NCBI GenBank assembly: GCA_977016875.1
Contig: CDRNST010000233.1
Location: 496,001-560,000 of the forward strand
DNA from: Pavona decussata
Taxonomy: Eukaryota
Direction of reading: 5' to 3'
DNA length: 64,000 nucleotides
The notes beneath the pieces are model-generated. The model searched no databases, was not told where the DNA came from, and saw only the letters and a list, made by a program, of their open reading frames with translations. This document shows positions 13,136-24,930 of this stretch, one piece after another (within the stretch, counting starts at the first letter, position 1; every line of letters begins with the position of its first letter). A program made the translations under genes and the position numbers.

Positions 13136-13789
13136 CGTATAATTCCAAGGAACTTTAAAGAATCGTCAATAAAACACAACTTCCATCAAATAATGCGAAA
13201 ATCTCCTAATTTTTAAGGTACGAGGCAGATGGCAAAGAAAGATTGTACTGAATACAGAAATAAACAGATATTTTGTATTTTGGTTTGGCGGGCGTGCTTG
13301 TGTACAGTAGGGTATTAATGTTGTTTCTCACCCATGAGCTAGAAAAATAAATAGAAAAATAAAATATTTGAAACCAGTGGACCGAAACGCGCAGCCCAAT
13401 TTCAAATATGGAGCTCATCGAACAACTGTTAGTTGCCACGGGCGAATAATGGGTCGAAGTGTTGATTAGAAGTGGGTTAATCAAACTTTGAGGTCAAGCT
13501 ATATTTCTACGCGGAACGCCAGAACAGCATGGTGCGTTTAAAATTGTCTGAAGAAATGGCCTCCCCCAGGATCTCCCCTTCAAGTTTCGTTCAAAACGAC
13601 TCAAGGTGATATCAAAATACAGGAAAATCAATTACTTTTAATATTTTTGCTTGACAACAGCAAACTCCACAGTAAAAACCATACGCAGGAACAACTCGCA
13701 CAATATAAAAATGGGGAAGTAACAGATAACAGAGGTAAAAGTTCATGAGAATCGGGAAATAGCAAAAAATGCGCAAATTTAACAATTTA

Positions 13790-14340
13790 ATATCCCCATT
13801 CCATTCTATTGTCTCAAGATACCCTCTATACATTTGTGGTTGCTGTGATCAGTTATGTTACAAACACGGTTTGAACCTTGCAGATAATTTAAAATGACCT
13901 AATGCAACTGTACCAAAATACCTCTTGAATATAATAAGTGCAGAGAACAAAGAAGGGTACTTAAAAAAGAATAATGTTCCACCATTTGCTGTTGTTAACG
14001 GGTTTCAGTTGCCAACAAAATTTAAAACAGAATGTTTGAACTTAAATGAGTTCGGGTGGAGATTGCTTACCCAAAGATTTCAAATTTCAAAAACTGATAT
14101 AGGCTCCAAGAGGAAATCGGTTAAAAATAGCAAACAGTATTGTCAACGTACGAGCAGACGCCACTGGCACTATGAACTTTTTACCTAGGTTAGAAAATGA
14201 AACTACAACTATTGAAGTAACTTGAAGAGAAGATTACAGTACAGACGTTATACATTGTCTTTAAATTTTCGGCCACCTAAGCTAATTCAGGTACCTAACT
14301 AACTTATAGAAAACACTGAGTGATCTTCGATAAGAGGAAG
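13790..14340 (+). mobile_element. Degraded Helitron coding fragment (pre-Rep region)
   Basis: Translation across stops and frameshifts: PLYICGCCDQLCYKH ... LKKNNVPPFAVVNGFQLP...LNEFGWRLL ... FQKLI*APRGNRLKIANSIVNVRADATGTMNFLPRLENETTTIEV/LKRRLQY..YTLSLNFRP. This matches the conserved region upstream of the Helitron Rep domain as I recall it. Confidence 0.75.
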
Positions 14341-14616
14341 GAAAAGTTGTTATCAGAGATTGGCAATTTAGTTTTATAGATAATGGTCCAGGAAGTGATC
14401 AAGCTGAGCCTGTCAATCAACCATTGGAAGATGATGACAATATCATTAGAGGAAATTATGAAACTAGTGCTGAAGGGAATGATAGATCATGTTAATAGAA
14501 TTGCCATTATTGAATTTTTAAAAAATGATTTTTAAAAGTAAAAATTTTGACAATACGTCACTCTGTTCTGTTTACCATATTGCGTTGTTGATATCCCTTT
14601 ATCTTAGACTTTCGTT

Positions 14617-14877
14617 TACAGTCATTTCAACTAACGTTGTCGGTTCAAAGCATGAAGCTAAAAGACAAGACCGAAAGTTTACGTGGGATTTTTATGAATG
14701 AATTCATCAAAATCAGTCATGCCTAGAGAAAACAATAGGTTGTAATTAGCAGTACAATGACCTGCACGTGCAGGGATGATTTTGATGAAATTATTCATAA
14801 AAAATAATCCTACAAAACATTGCGGTCTTGTCTTTTAGCTTTATTTTGATGCAACAACGTTAATTGAAGTAGCTGTA
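14617..14877. mobile_element. Fold-back MITE (TA-CAG...CTG-TA, Tc1/mariner-like ends)
   Basis: About 105-bp imperfect arms: ttcaactaacgttgt, aagctaaaagacaagaccg and ttcatcaaaatca are each mirrored. Confidence 0.75.
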
Positions 14878-16519
14878 TACACTACATATTAATAATGAAC
14901 ATTCTATTAACATCGTTCTAGTCTAAGACCTTTACTAGAACTACTCAGAGAATGAACCTTCTACTCGTATTTTGTCCTCGTTGTAGTGTTTCGTTGAATG
15001 GAAAAACAATTACACATGTTTACCAAAATATTTACCTATCCTTTCTTCCGGCCCTGTCGTTTCTTTCTAATCACAATATTTTTGTTACTTACCAATATTG
15101 AACTCAGAAAAAATCCTTTCTTTCCACTTTACTTCTTCTATAGTGGTTACCTCAGCCCCGAAACGTGATTATTCTTGATGAGTTCTTCCCATCCCTTCCC
15201 TGACACATCTCAGTATCGCAGTAGACACATGTATCCCAATATCACAGTAGACACATGTATGCGTTGCGTACCTATTTTTAGTGTTGGTCAAACATCATCT
15301 AACATGGCGCGCTAAACGCGTTCAATTATCTGGGGCTAAAAAGCAACAACAAAGAAAATTTTTCTTAAAGTTCACTCTTTTACTTCCATTACAGCTATCT
15401 TATTGTTATACTCATATTTGTCATTCAGTTGGTTCTGTCGAAATGAAATAAGCGCCCTCCATTTCCTTTGGGGGTATCCCTTAAAATAAATAAGCGCCAC
15501 GGGCTCTAAACTGAATCTTTACGGCAAGATAAAACCCTATTTCTATTCACTCAGTATTCCGCAGCGAATGTAAACAGAAACACTAAATGCAGATTCCAAT
15601 CAGTTAAACAGTCGCATGATTTTTAGAGTATGAATTACTTTTTTTATTGCGCGGATATTTCACCAGTGCTTTTGGTTGCATAGCGACAATATTTTTTTAG
15701 CCGTCATTGTGAAATTTTCACCCTGTGGCGGCGGCCTTACAAGAACACGATTGCCGTTAACTACACGTAAAAAAAACCCTGCTACTGCCTAAAACACAAT
15801 TTTAGTAACATCTTGGCAAGGTAAGTTTACTCATTTATAAAAGTTCTGGCTATTTATTAATGAAGTTTCATTTCCTTCCCTTTTGGCCTCTGTCAATAAA
15901 CGCAAGCTATAGACGGTTTGGGAAAATCTGCGCGCTAAGTTATCAAGGGAGTTAAAGATACACTTGGTAGATTGACATAATCAAAGAGTCGTTTAAAATT
16001 AAGAAAAAAAGACAAATGCTAATTTATAATCGTCAGCTTTAAAATCATTGACCGAAAGTTGTTCTTACATTTACAATTATAATCCTCCAAAACAATAGTT
16101 ATGAATATTGTTCAATCATAACATTATGAAGACGGGTCTTAATTTAAAAAATCGTCTTAAAATAAATAAGCGTAGTTAAGACAATCAATCCAGCTCATGT
16201 AAGAAACTAATAATGTGAACCTAAACGGTGCCCATGTGATTACGATTAGCTGGAAATAAGGGCAATAATTATGTTCCTTCACCATCAGTTGTCACAAGCG
16301 ACCGGTAGCAACATTCTCCTCATAATCTTACTACTTCATTGTCTGTTTGAGTTTACTGTTGCTATTGGCTAAAAGAGGATAAATAATATATTTTGGATTG
16401 GACTTTACGTGAAGAAAGCCGGTAATAGACGTGGGTTTACCTTAATTGTTGTTGTTGTCTTTTTTTTTTTTTGTTGTTGTTCCTTTAGATTCTAGGCAAT
16501 AGTTGGTTCAAAAGCAGAG

Positions 16520-19500
16520 ATGAAATTCCACCTTAGAGCTCTAAAATACCGCCTTACCTGTTTTGGGTGTGGGATACTCCTAGTTATTGTGACCAAGCAT
16601 TATTTCTGGAGCCAGGAAAAAGTACATGATGGCTGGATTTCGTCTTTGTTGTCAGATCAATCATCCTTAAAGAACACTTCATCAAGTAAGTCTTTCAGAT
16701 AGTTATGAAGTCCGAATAAAGTACCATTAGCATTTTTTCAGTGCCGTTGTTCCTGTTTGCTCGTTTCTCGTCGTTGCTATTATTGTGGTTGTTGATAATG
16801 ATGATGATGATGTGTTTTTTCCCCTTGGCTTTAGTCTCCGGTTTCCCCTTTTGTATTCCTGGAAACCTCCCCGGAAGTGAAGACGAGCTGTATCAGCTTT
16901 ATGATGGAGTTGAAACATTTGTCATGTTCATCGGCTACCCACGCAGTTCGCACAGCCTTGTGGGAGCTATTTTGGACGCACATCCAGAAATCATCATTCC
17001 TCATGAATATCACATCATTCAGAAATGGGATATTTACCAAGATGATGGGATTAAAAATGCTGGTATGCAAAAATATCTGCTATTTTATAACTTACACTCG
17101 CTTTCCACATTTCAAGCCACCTTTGGGAATCGTGCAAGGGAACCCGCTTATCTTGAGGATGGCATCTACTCTTACAATGTTCCAGGAGCATGGCAAGGAA
17201 CATTTAATGGTAAAATAAAGGTATATTTAAAAAAAACTGTTTGCTTCTAGTAGTGCTTTCTCTATTTTATCTATTTATCTATAGATAAAAAGTAATATAT
17301 GGTCGTGCGCGCTTAACTCTCACCAATTAACTTGGTAATTGGCTTCGCAGTTCGCGCTTTGTTCGCAGGGCGGGGAGTACGGACTTAACATCATATCTGC
17401 CAAGTTGTCCTATTTTTTCGTCCTTACCCTTGTTCAAGCAGGTGTTTGGTTTTCCCCAATAGGCCTGATCATGATTTTTTTTACGTTACAATTGAACACA
17501 CGTAAAGAGTCAGCACAAGGGCAGTGGTCACGTTGGTCACTAGATAGTCCTTGGCACCAGTATCTGCAGCATTGACGACTGGAAGCATTTATTACTTATA
17601 GAGCGGTTTTCAATTGAGTGCCGAAAGTAATTTCGTGTTTGCTTTGGTTTTGCATTACTACGCTCTGTGTTTGGTTTACAAAACTCGCGCCACTTTTTCA
17701 ACCAATGGGAATCCAAACCAAAACAAATCGTGTTTTGGCCGCACGTGTTTTCCCGCGCTTGGCGCCAGTTATGTATTTGCTTCGAATTCTGATTGCCTTG
17801 TATAGTTCACATTTGTTGCGATTGGCCAGAGTAATTACTTTGGTTTTGGTTTTACCGCTCTCAATTCGAAATCGCTCTATCAGTCTGGATAACAGCTTAC
17901 TTAGCGTGTGATTAAACTCTCACATTCGTACATAAAACGCCTAAAGTTATGACTTTAGAATGTCCACAGAACTATATATACTTAATGCATTCATGACAAG
18001 TTAATGGAACAACAGGGGCGAGACAGTGTCCTTCAAATTCGATTTTACGCACAACTTAACTGTCTCGCGACAGACGAAACCTGGAGCCCCATGATTCAAG
18101 ATTCAGAAATGTTTTGTTCTTAAAGAGGAACGAAAGCTGAAAAACCCAAATTAAAACCCTCGGAAGAAGAACGACAGCTAGCTTTAAGCCAATCCCAAAT
18201 AAAGCACCTTGCAGAGCCGAACTATGGACGCACGTGTTGGACGTCGTGTATTATACATAACCTAAGATTCAATTTTAACTCTTACAAATGTCCTTTTACT
18301 TGCACTGACAGGTTATTGGAGACAAAAAAGGAGGAGGAACGACCATGGAACTAACAGAAAAGCCCGAAAAGTTTGATATTCTAAAAGAAGTCAATGAAAC
18401 TGTTGATATTCCATTGAAGTTTCTTCACGTCATAAGAAATCCCTTCGACGTCATTTCAACTTGGGTCCTGAGACTCTATGACGCAAGACTGAAGGTCAAT
18501 GACGGAAAATTCAAGGTGAGATGATTATGATATGATGATGTCACGGCGCGTAAAATTACTGTCCAAACTAGAGTGAAAAGAGCCATGGTTTCTGTAACAC
18601 GAAGCGACAAGGACTACCCCTAACACCCTTCCTTCTTCCCTTAGCTGGATAGAATCCCAGACAATATAATCGTCAAAGTTATCTGCAAGCTGTTTCTTGT
18701 TTAGTTTCACTCGCGGTTCCCTGCTACTTATCTATACATCTGGGTAAAGAGACATAATATGGAGTTACGCGTTTTGAGCAATTAGAGGGAACTATCGGAA
18801 AACCACTTTTTTCTCGCTGAGGAGGGTTATTCCCACGCGGTGTTCTCAGCCAATCCGAATTCAGTTTCGTGCACAGATCAGATAGAACCTCCCTCCTCTC
18901 CTCACCGATCACTTATTTTCACAGCTAGTTTAGCGATACCAAGTATTATCAATGAGGGCAGCAGACGATAGGGGGTTTTCAGAAATTCGCCTTCTTCTTA
19001 TCCCCTCGCGGCGGGAGCCCCACTCGCGTGCGCTTCGACGATGTCGTGCCCTATGAGAACACATTAAGCGCCCACTACGCTGGCAATCCAAGGTTGAGCG
19101 AAACGTAGCTTCAACTGTATTTGCGGACCGCAAGAAACATTTCTCATACCACAGATGGTCCTTTAATGCAAAGAGGAAGAGAAATAAATCACACGATTTC
19201 TTCAAAAGAAAAACACTGAGCAGTTTTTAGCGATTTTCTAAGTGACGGAGTGAGAACAAGCAAACAAAAATTGCCTAAAACTTACAATCCATCTCCATCT
19301 CGGCCATCAGTAATATCCGAAAGTTCGTAGAGCAATTTGAAACAAAAAAGAACCATTGTATTCAATTAGGGTGTCTATGATTCCAATATCTCACTTTCAC
19401 CTTCTTCATTTAATACCCCAAATAGGTGACATTCCCCGACAAATATCTTATAAAATAACACTCAATCGGTAAATTTAAAATAATGCGCATTTTCTTATCT

Positions 19501-19844
19501 TTGGTGTCAAGGTACATAAACCAGGCTCTTTAAACGACGCTATAAAGTCATTCTTCGAGCTGATCGAGACCAATGAGAGAATTCGACAGCTCTATGGAGA
19601 TGCAGTATTGGACGTGTTCTGCCACGAACTGATATTAAAACCAAGGGAAACAATGAAGAGGATTTGTGCTTTCTTGGACGTTAGCTGTAGTGAGGACTAC
19701 TTGGGGCAGGCAGAGAAAATTCTTTTTGGGAAACCATCTCATACAAGAAACACAGTCGTTTGGTCCGATGCTCAAAAAGAGAGAGTTCAAAATGAAATGC
19801 AAAAGTACTCATATTTGCGTTCATTCAAATTTGAAGAATACTGA
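16520..19844 (+). CDS. Type II membrane (Golgi) sulfotransferase, TPST-like/Sulfotransfer_3 family, ~362 aa, catalytic motifs intact (ST1)
   Basis: Exons 16520-16685 (signal anchor), 16835-17220, 18312-18515, 19512-19844, all GT-AG and in frame. 5'-PSB FIGYPRSSHSL followed by LDAHPEIIIPHE, then VIGDKKG and 3'-PB HVIRNPFDVIST. Probable 5'UTR intron 15821-16488. Confidence 0.9.
17599..17879. mobile_element. MITE in ST1 intron
   Basis: TIRs tagagcggttttcaattgag / ctcaattcgaaatcgctcta. Confidence 0.75.
18580..18785 (-). mobile_element. Decayed SINE fragment
   Basis: ggtttctgtaacacgaagcgac and tatacatctgggtaaagaga match the better copy at 31880-32125. Confidence 0.5.
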
Positions 19845-22753
19845 CTTGTATTACCCGCTGACTTTTACGATTGATGTTTTCATTCAGTGGTGTACATGAC
19901 CTTAACAACATGATAAATTTTGGTTTCAACAAAATAAATATTTTAATTAAGGCACTTGTTCTTACGGTAAGGGTGACAAGACAGGTTCTGGCTTCGTTTA
20001 AATGTGAAACACACCGGCCCACGAACGAATCGAATTTAGATCAGTAATAACCTAGATCTTCACCGGATATTGTTTTTGTAGTAGTTTTTGGTCAGTGGTT
20101 TCTAAAGTGTACGATAGATGTGTGTCGATTTCGGCGGAACTCGATATTGTTTCTTGGTTACCTTATTCTAGTAATAAACTAAAATGAGCAAAACAAATCA
20201 AAGAGAAAATATACTGCTTTTTTGTTTATTTTTGTTTTCTAGTCAGCCAAGGTTCACAGTACAAAAAAAATAAAAATAAAAATACTAAAACAATAATAAT
20301 AATAATAATAATAACAAAATAATAAATCATTATCATCTAAATTTACCTTTTTGGGCATTGTATTCGCTCTTGAAAATTAGACAAAATAAGTCTACAACAC
20401 ACACAAAGGAAAACTGCATTCTTTTTAACAACTTTTATTGATACACAGTGGTGAATTTACATATGCGGTACATATTTTTTTCCAGTGCAACCCCGCAAAT
20501 AGGAAATGGAACTGAGTAACAGAGGATTGTTCAGAATTTAGTCCATATCTGAGCCGGTCTAAGTAGTGGTCCGTTTCATGTCACAAACCGGTTCTAGTCC
20601 AGGTTTTATCAACAAAACTGCTGAACATAAGAACATTTTATTTTTTCATAACTTTGCTCCAATACGTATGGGAAAAAAGCAACAAAAGAATCGGAAACCA
20701 ACTTGATTTCGAGAAATGCGACCAAACCCAGGCTGACCTGGCTTAGGGGCCTTAGACAGCAATACGATCACCCACTACCATTCTATTTCAGTATCACTGA
20801 ATTGTGTCTCTTTTTCTAGCAATTCTCGGATGAAGCGAACGAAATCTTTTGTAACTTGTGGTAGTGGCAGTTAGTCGGGGTTGCACTTAACATGCTTTTC
20901 TTGCTCTACAATTATTTACGTAAGTGATTAATGTAACCTTATCTCGACGGTGCAATTGTAAGTAGTATTATAGAAATTTGTAGACTAAAAGAAATTAATT
21001 TCGACACTCAACTGAAAACTGCGTTATACGATACTCTTTCAAAATGTACTTTACGAACATGCGACACTGAGAAAAAAATTACTTGGCTATTGCAAGGCAA
21101 GTTTAATATCTCTCGGAGAGCAATACAGTGTGAATATATATTGCATGGAATTGAGTAACTGAAGCCGGAGCTAATCATCCTAATCACGGCTAAATATCAT
21201 CTAATACCATGCCAACAACATCCCTGAACGTGGATGATGTTAGAAATGTAGCATCTACTTAAATATCTTTATGATCAATATGATCAATATGTTGTCGGAG
21301 CCTTTCGTATAATTACATTGTATGTACTTATCCAGCAAGTAGCCAATGCAATACAGTTTATGAAATAGTGAAAGCAAACCGGTTTTTTTTTTTTTTTTTT
21401 TTACAAGGCAAGGGACAGTTCGAAGTAGTAAGTCACTAATCGGTTTTTGGGCTATATGTATATACAATAGACTGTTTTTAAATGTTTTTACAAAACAGTT
21501 TATGATTCCATTTTCCTCATCATATATATTTGGAAGGGAAGCTAAATATGTTTAAAAAGATTTCCCCAAAAACGAAAAGGGTAATTGCTTTCACCTGCTG
21601 GTAAATACTTATATTAGAACATTAAGTACACCATATACAAATAACGTAAGTATTGAACCCCAAATCTTGAAAGGCGCGGCAAACACCGCTCTCGCAAGTA
21701 GGGCGGAATAAATGCAATAACAACAAAGCCAATTCTTGTTTTCATAGCATTAGGAATTTCATTATGTTAAGGCTTTGCATAACAAGAAATACAGCAAAAA
21801 GCGAATTTCAAGGTGGATGAAACGTGGGGACGTTTCTTGATGAAATGAACCTAAATTTTCCCTTACAAGTAGAAGTGGAAGGTTAATTATTTGTTTTCTC
21901 TTGATTTATAACAATTGAAACTTGTGTGAACTCTTAACGCTTTCTACTTGCAGTTAAAAAGTACACAAAACAAGGCTGTATAACGCTTTGAGACCCTCAA
22001 TTGCCAAGTACGACGTTAACTCGCTACACCCGCCTACTCGCGAGGCTTCCACTTCTTAAAAAGATTGGTAACCAAAAGAGATACAATGTTAACACGATAA
22101 GAATCCTCAGAATTGAGGGAATTATAAATAAACTGTAAAGGAAAATGAAAATTAAAAAAAAAATGTTGATTCATTTTCCAAAGGAAACTTTGTCGTTTTC
22201 TTCAAAAACTATTCAGCCCATTCCTACTGTAATATTTGCACTTGGATTGCCATTCTGTACTTTTCTAATAAGCACGAAGGCGATATCTTGGATTATTAAA
22301 ACTGGACCATTTTATAATGCAATTCCAGGGATTTGATAACCATGCCCGAGAAATAGCGATTATTAAATTGTCTTCTGGTTTCCCTTGCAAAGTAAAATCA
22401 GCAAGATCTACCAACCTTTCTTGCACTTGTTGCCATATGAGATGATTATAGCCAACTCAGCGTCATTTGACCATCTATCATCTCATATCCAACGCGCGCT
22501 CGTGGAATAGTTGTTAACTATAGGTAGCGATGAAAAATGTATTTAAATCAGCTCCTCAAAAATGAACAAAGATGTTTTGTTATGCGTTTTTTTTTATTTT
22601 GGTTTGTGTGAAATGGGTTAGCTGGAAAAAATGCAAATTGTTAAAATCAATGATGTCCCGATCAAATAGCTCAATATAATGCAAACGCGAAATTCCTGCT
22701 TATTCCTGAAGTCATATTTTAAATATGATTTTCACTATGCATCGATATGCACT

Positions 22754-23878
22754 TCATTTAACTCCCTTTTGAGTAACGCCTTCGTGATCAAGAACGTAAT
22801 GCAGCTCAATTGCTAAGTTATCTCCAGTAGCTGGAGTTTGTTTGTTGACACCACATTTCGACGTGAACAATTTCTTTAGGAAGACCCGGAAATCCTTCAT
22901 TTGTACCAAGTACAGCACAAAGTCAACTGCAGGATTTGACAGGATTAGCAAACTACCAACAGCACGGATAATGAGATCGGTCTGAAATCCGATTTTTGCT
23001 CCAGTTATATTATTGTAGGCAATTTGTGCAATAGTAAAGAAATAAGGAAATATAAATGCAAAAGTAAGAGCAACAATGAAACATGTCCGATGGAATGAGG
23101 TTTTCCGTTCCATAATTTTGATCCCATTGTCTCGCTGGACGTCAAAAATTACTTTTCTTCTTTTCCACACAGTTTTCATGAGTAATATGTTAAGTATTAT
23201 CATAATGACTATTGGCACTGTGAATTGCAAAGTTGTAAAGGTTAACAGTACAATTCTAAAAGGCAGGTACTGGTTATCATACCTGCAGACGACAGTGTAA
23301 TGTGTCTCGTTCAAATCGTACATCATCCCATCGAATGTTGCAGCCGGAATCCAAATCGTCAAACACCCCATCAACCATCCAGCAAATACCAGCTTTTTTA
23401 CATTAGAGTGACTAAACGTACGAGGGATATCACGGGTTGAAAAATATCTCTCAATGCTTATAAATAATAAATTGTATATGGTAATAGAAGGAAACAAAAG
23501 TTTAAAATAACGCGCTATTTTACAACCCCAACTTCGCTGAAGTACATCAAAAAGCAAATGAACACACAACAGTGGAATTGAAATAACAACTGACAGAACA
23601 TCAGAAATGGCTAGACTCTTCATGTAAACGTTAAAGTTTTTTTCGAATGAACACACTCTTACAACTGACGATTTGTTTTTCTTTTTTTTCTTCAAAAAGC
23701 AAATGATCAGAATATTTCCCACAAGGCCTACTAATCCCACAGTTACCAGTAACAGAATCAGTGTCAACAGGATTGAAGACTCAATTGTGCTGAATACGTA
23801 GGTCTTCCCATAGGTCTCAGTTGATGTCCCATTGAACGCAACTGAGAAGTTGTTCTTGGAAACATTGCTGTCATGCAT
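22754..23878 (-). CDS. Orphan class A (rhodopsin-like) GPCR, 374 aa, single coding exon (GPCR1)
   Basis: Seven hydrophobic helices. GN in TM1, LAISD in TM2, Cys at the top of TM3 and in ECL2, SIERY, TM4 Trp, TM5 and TM6 Pro, N-terminal N-x-S/T sequons. Probable 5'UTR intron from ~26124 to ~23908. Confidence 0.93.
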   Translation of the reverse strand: MHDSNVSKNNFSVAFNGTSTETYGKTYVFSTIESSILLTLILLLVTVGLVGLVGNILIICFLKKKKKNKSSVVRVCSFEKNFNVYMKSLAISDVLSVVISIPLLCVHLLFDVLQRSWGCKIARYFKLLFPSITIYNLLFISIERYFSTRDIPRTFSHSNVKKLVFAGWLMGCLTIWIPAATFDGMMYDLNETHYTVVCRYDNQYLPFRIVLLTFTTLQFTVPIVIMIILNILLMKTVWKRRKVIFDVQRDNGIKIMERKTSFHRTCFIVALTFAFIFPYFFTIAQIAYNNITGAKIGFQTDLIIRAVGSLLILSNPAVDFVLYLVQMKDFRVFLKKLFTSKCGVNKQTPATGDNLAIELHYVLDHEGVTQKGVK

Positions 23879-24135
23879 GTCTGTCGTTTCACCAATGGCT
23901 GCAATCTATGATAAAAGGGACATCCATACTGGTCAATAAGCAATGCTGGAACACGGTACCGTTTTGTCGTGATTGTATACGTATACCACTAAAAGTAAGG
24001 TTGTTCTTGGTATTTTAATAATGAAATGTTTCTGTCTTAGTAAAATCGGAAAAGTAAAATACCAACCAACACTATCTATATCTCGACTTCGTTGACCAAC
24101 CAGGTCAATAACTAGCAAGAAACGTTTATATCATC

Positions 24136-24226
24136 AACTGATGTTCCACAATTTACTTGACATCACCTCAAAGAGTCCTTCTCAGGACGACACTCACCGC
24201 ATGATCATAATTTACGTACTTACGAC
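24136..24226 (+). repeat. Penelope-associated short repeat, copy lacking the hammerhead core
   Basis: Colinear with 53331-53435 (gttccacaatt.acttgac...atcacctcaaagagtcctt) except for a ~43-bp internal deletion. Confidence 0.7.
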
Positions 24227-24284
24227 ATATTTATTTATGATTTTGTGAGTTGATTTAGAAGATTGAGGTGGTGAACGAAATTGT

Positions 24285-24930
24285 TGAATTTGGATGGCTC
24301 TTGGTCATTTCTTTCAGCGTCTCGAGCGTGTTGCAAAAACGGTCATCCAGTTTCCTCCCCGTCTCGCCAATATATTTCTTTTAGAAAAAAAACCGACGTT
24401 TGATGCAGGATATATAGCAATCATTTGGCAGCCGAGGTGCATGTGAAACAATTAGTGAATTTTATGCATCTCCCCTAATGTTTAGCTTTATCTATTGCAT
24501 GACATAAGCTTTAAGCACCGTTTTCGCTAACACCTGCAAGACGTTGAAAGAAATGGCAAAGAAGTATTCAAAACAGTAGCTCGACACTTTAATCTTTCCA
24601 AACCATTGTCACAGACAAATGTCGGTCTGCGGATCTTCCCTTCATCGAGGCAACATAAAAGGCCGCAAAAAAACTAAGCCAGAATTTCATCTTTCCAATC
24701 GGCATTCTTAATCCTCACGGAATCAATGAACGCTTGAAGTTAGCTAATTAATTCATGTTTTTCGCTCTACCACTAGTACAGCTAAGCTGTTCAGTGTATA
24801 AACTATACACAATCCACAATTCCTTGTATCGATAAACGATGGCTAATTTATATCGCCTCGTATCAACACAGTTGATAAAACCAAGCATTCGTTTTTACTC
24901 TCCTACAGACGCAGTACCGCAGTTTCTTTT
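24285..24930. mobile_element. Decayed Penelope-like element: two GIY-YIG endonuclease pieces in opposite orientation plus 3' terminus
   Basis: Minus strand 24450-24290: FTCTSA...IYC-like...KYIGETGRKLDDRF. Plus strand 24517-24750: RFR*HLQDVERNGKEVFKTVARHFNL...FIFPIGILNPHGINER. Terminal motif gacgcagtaccgcagtttcttt at ~24909. Confidence 0.8.
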
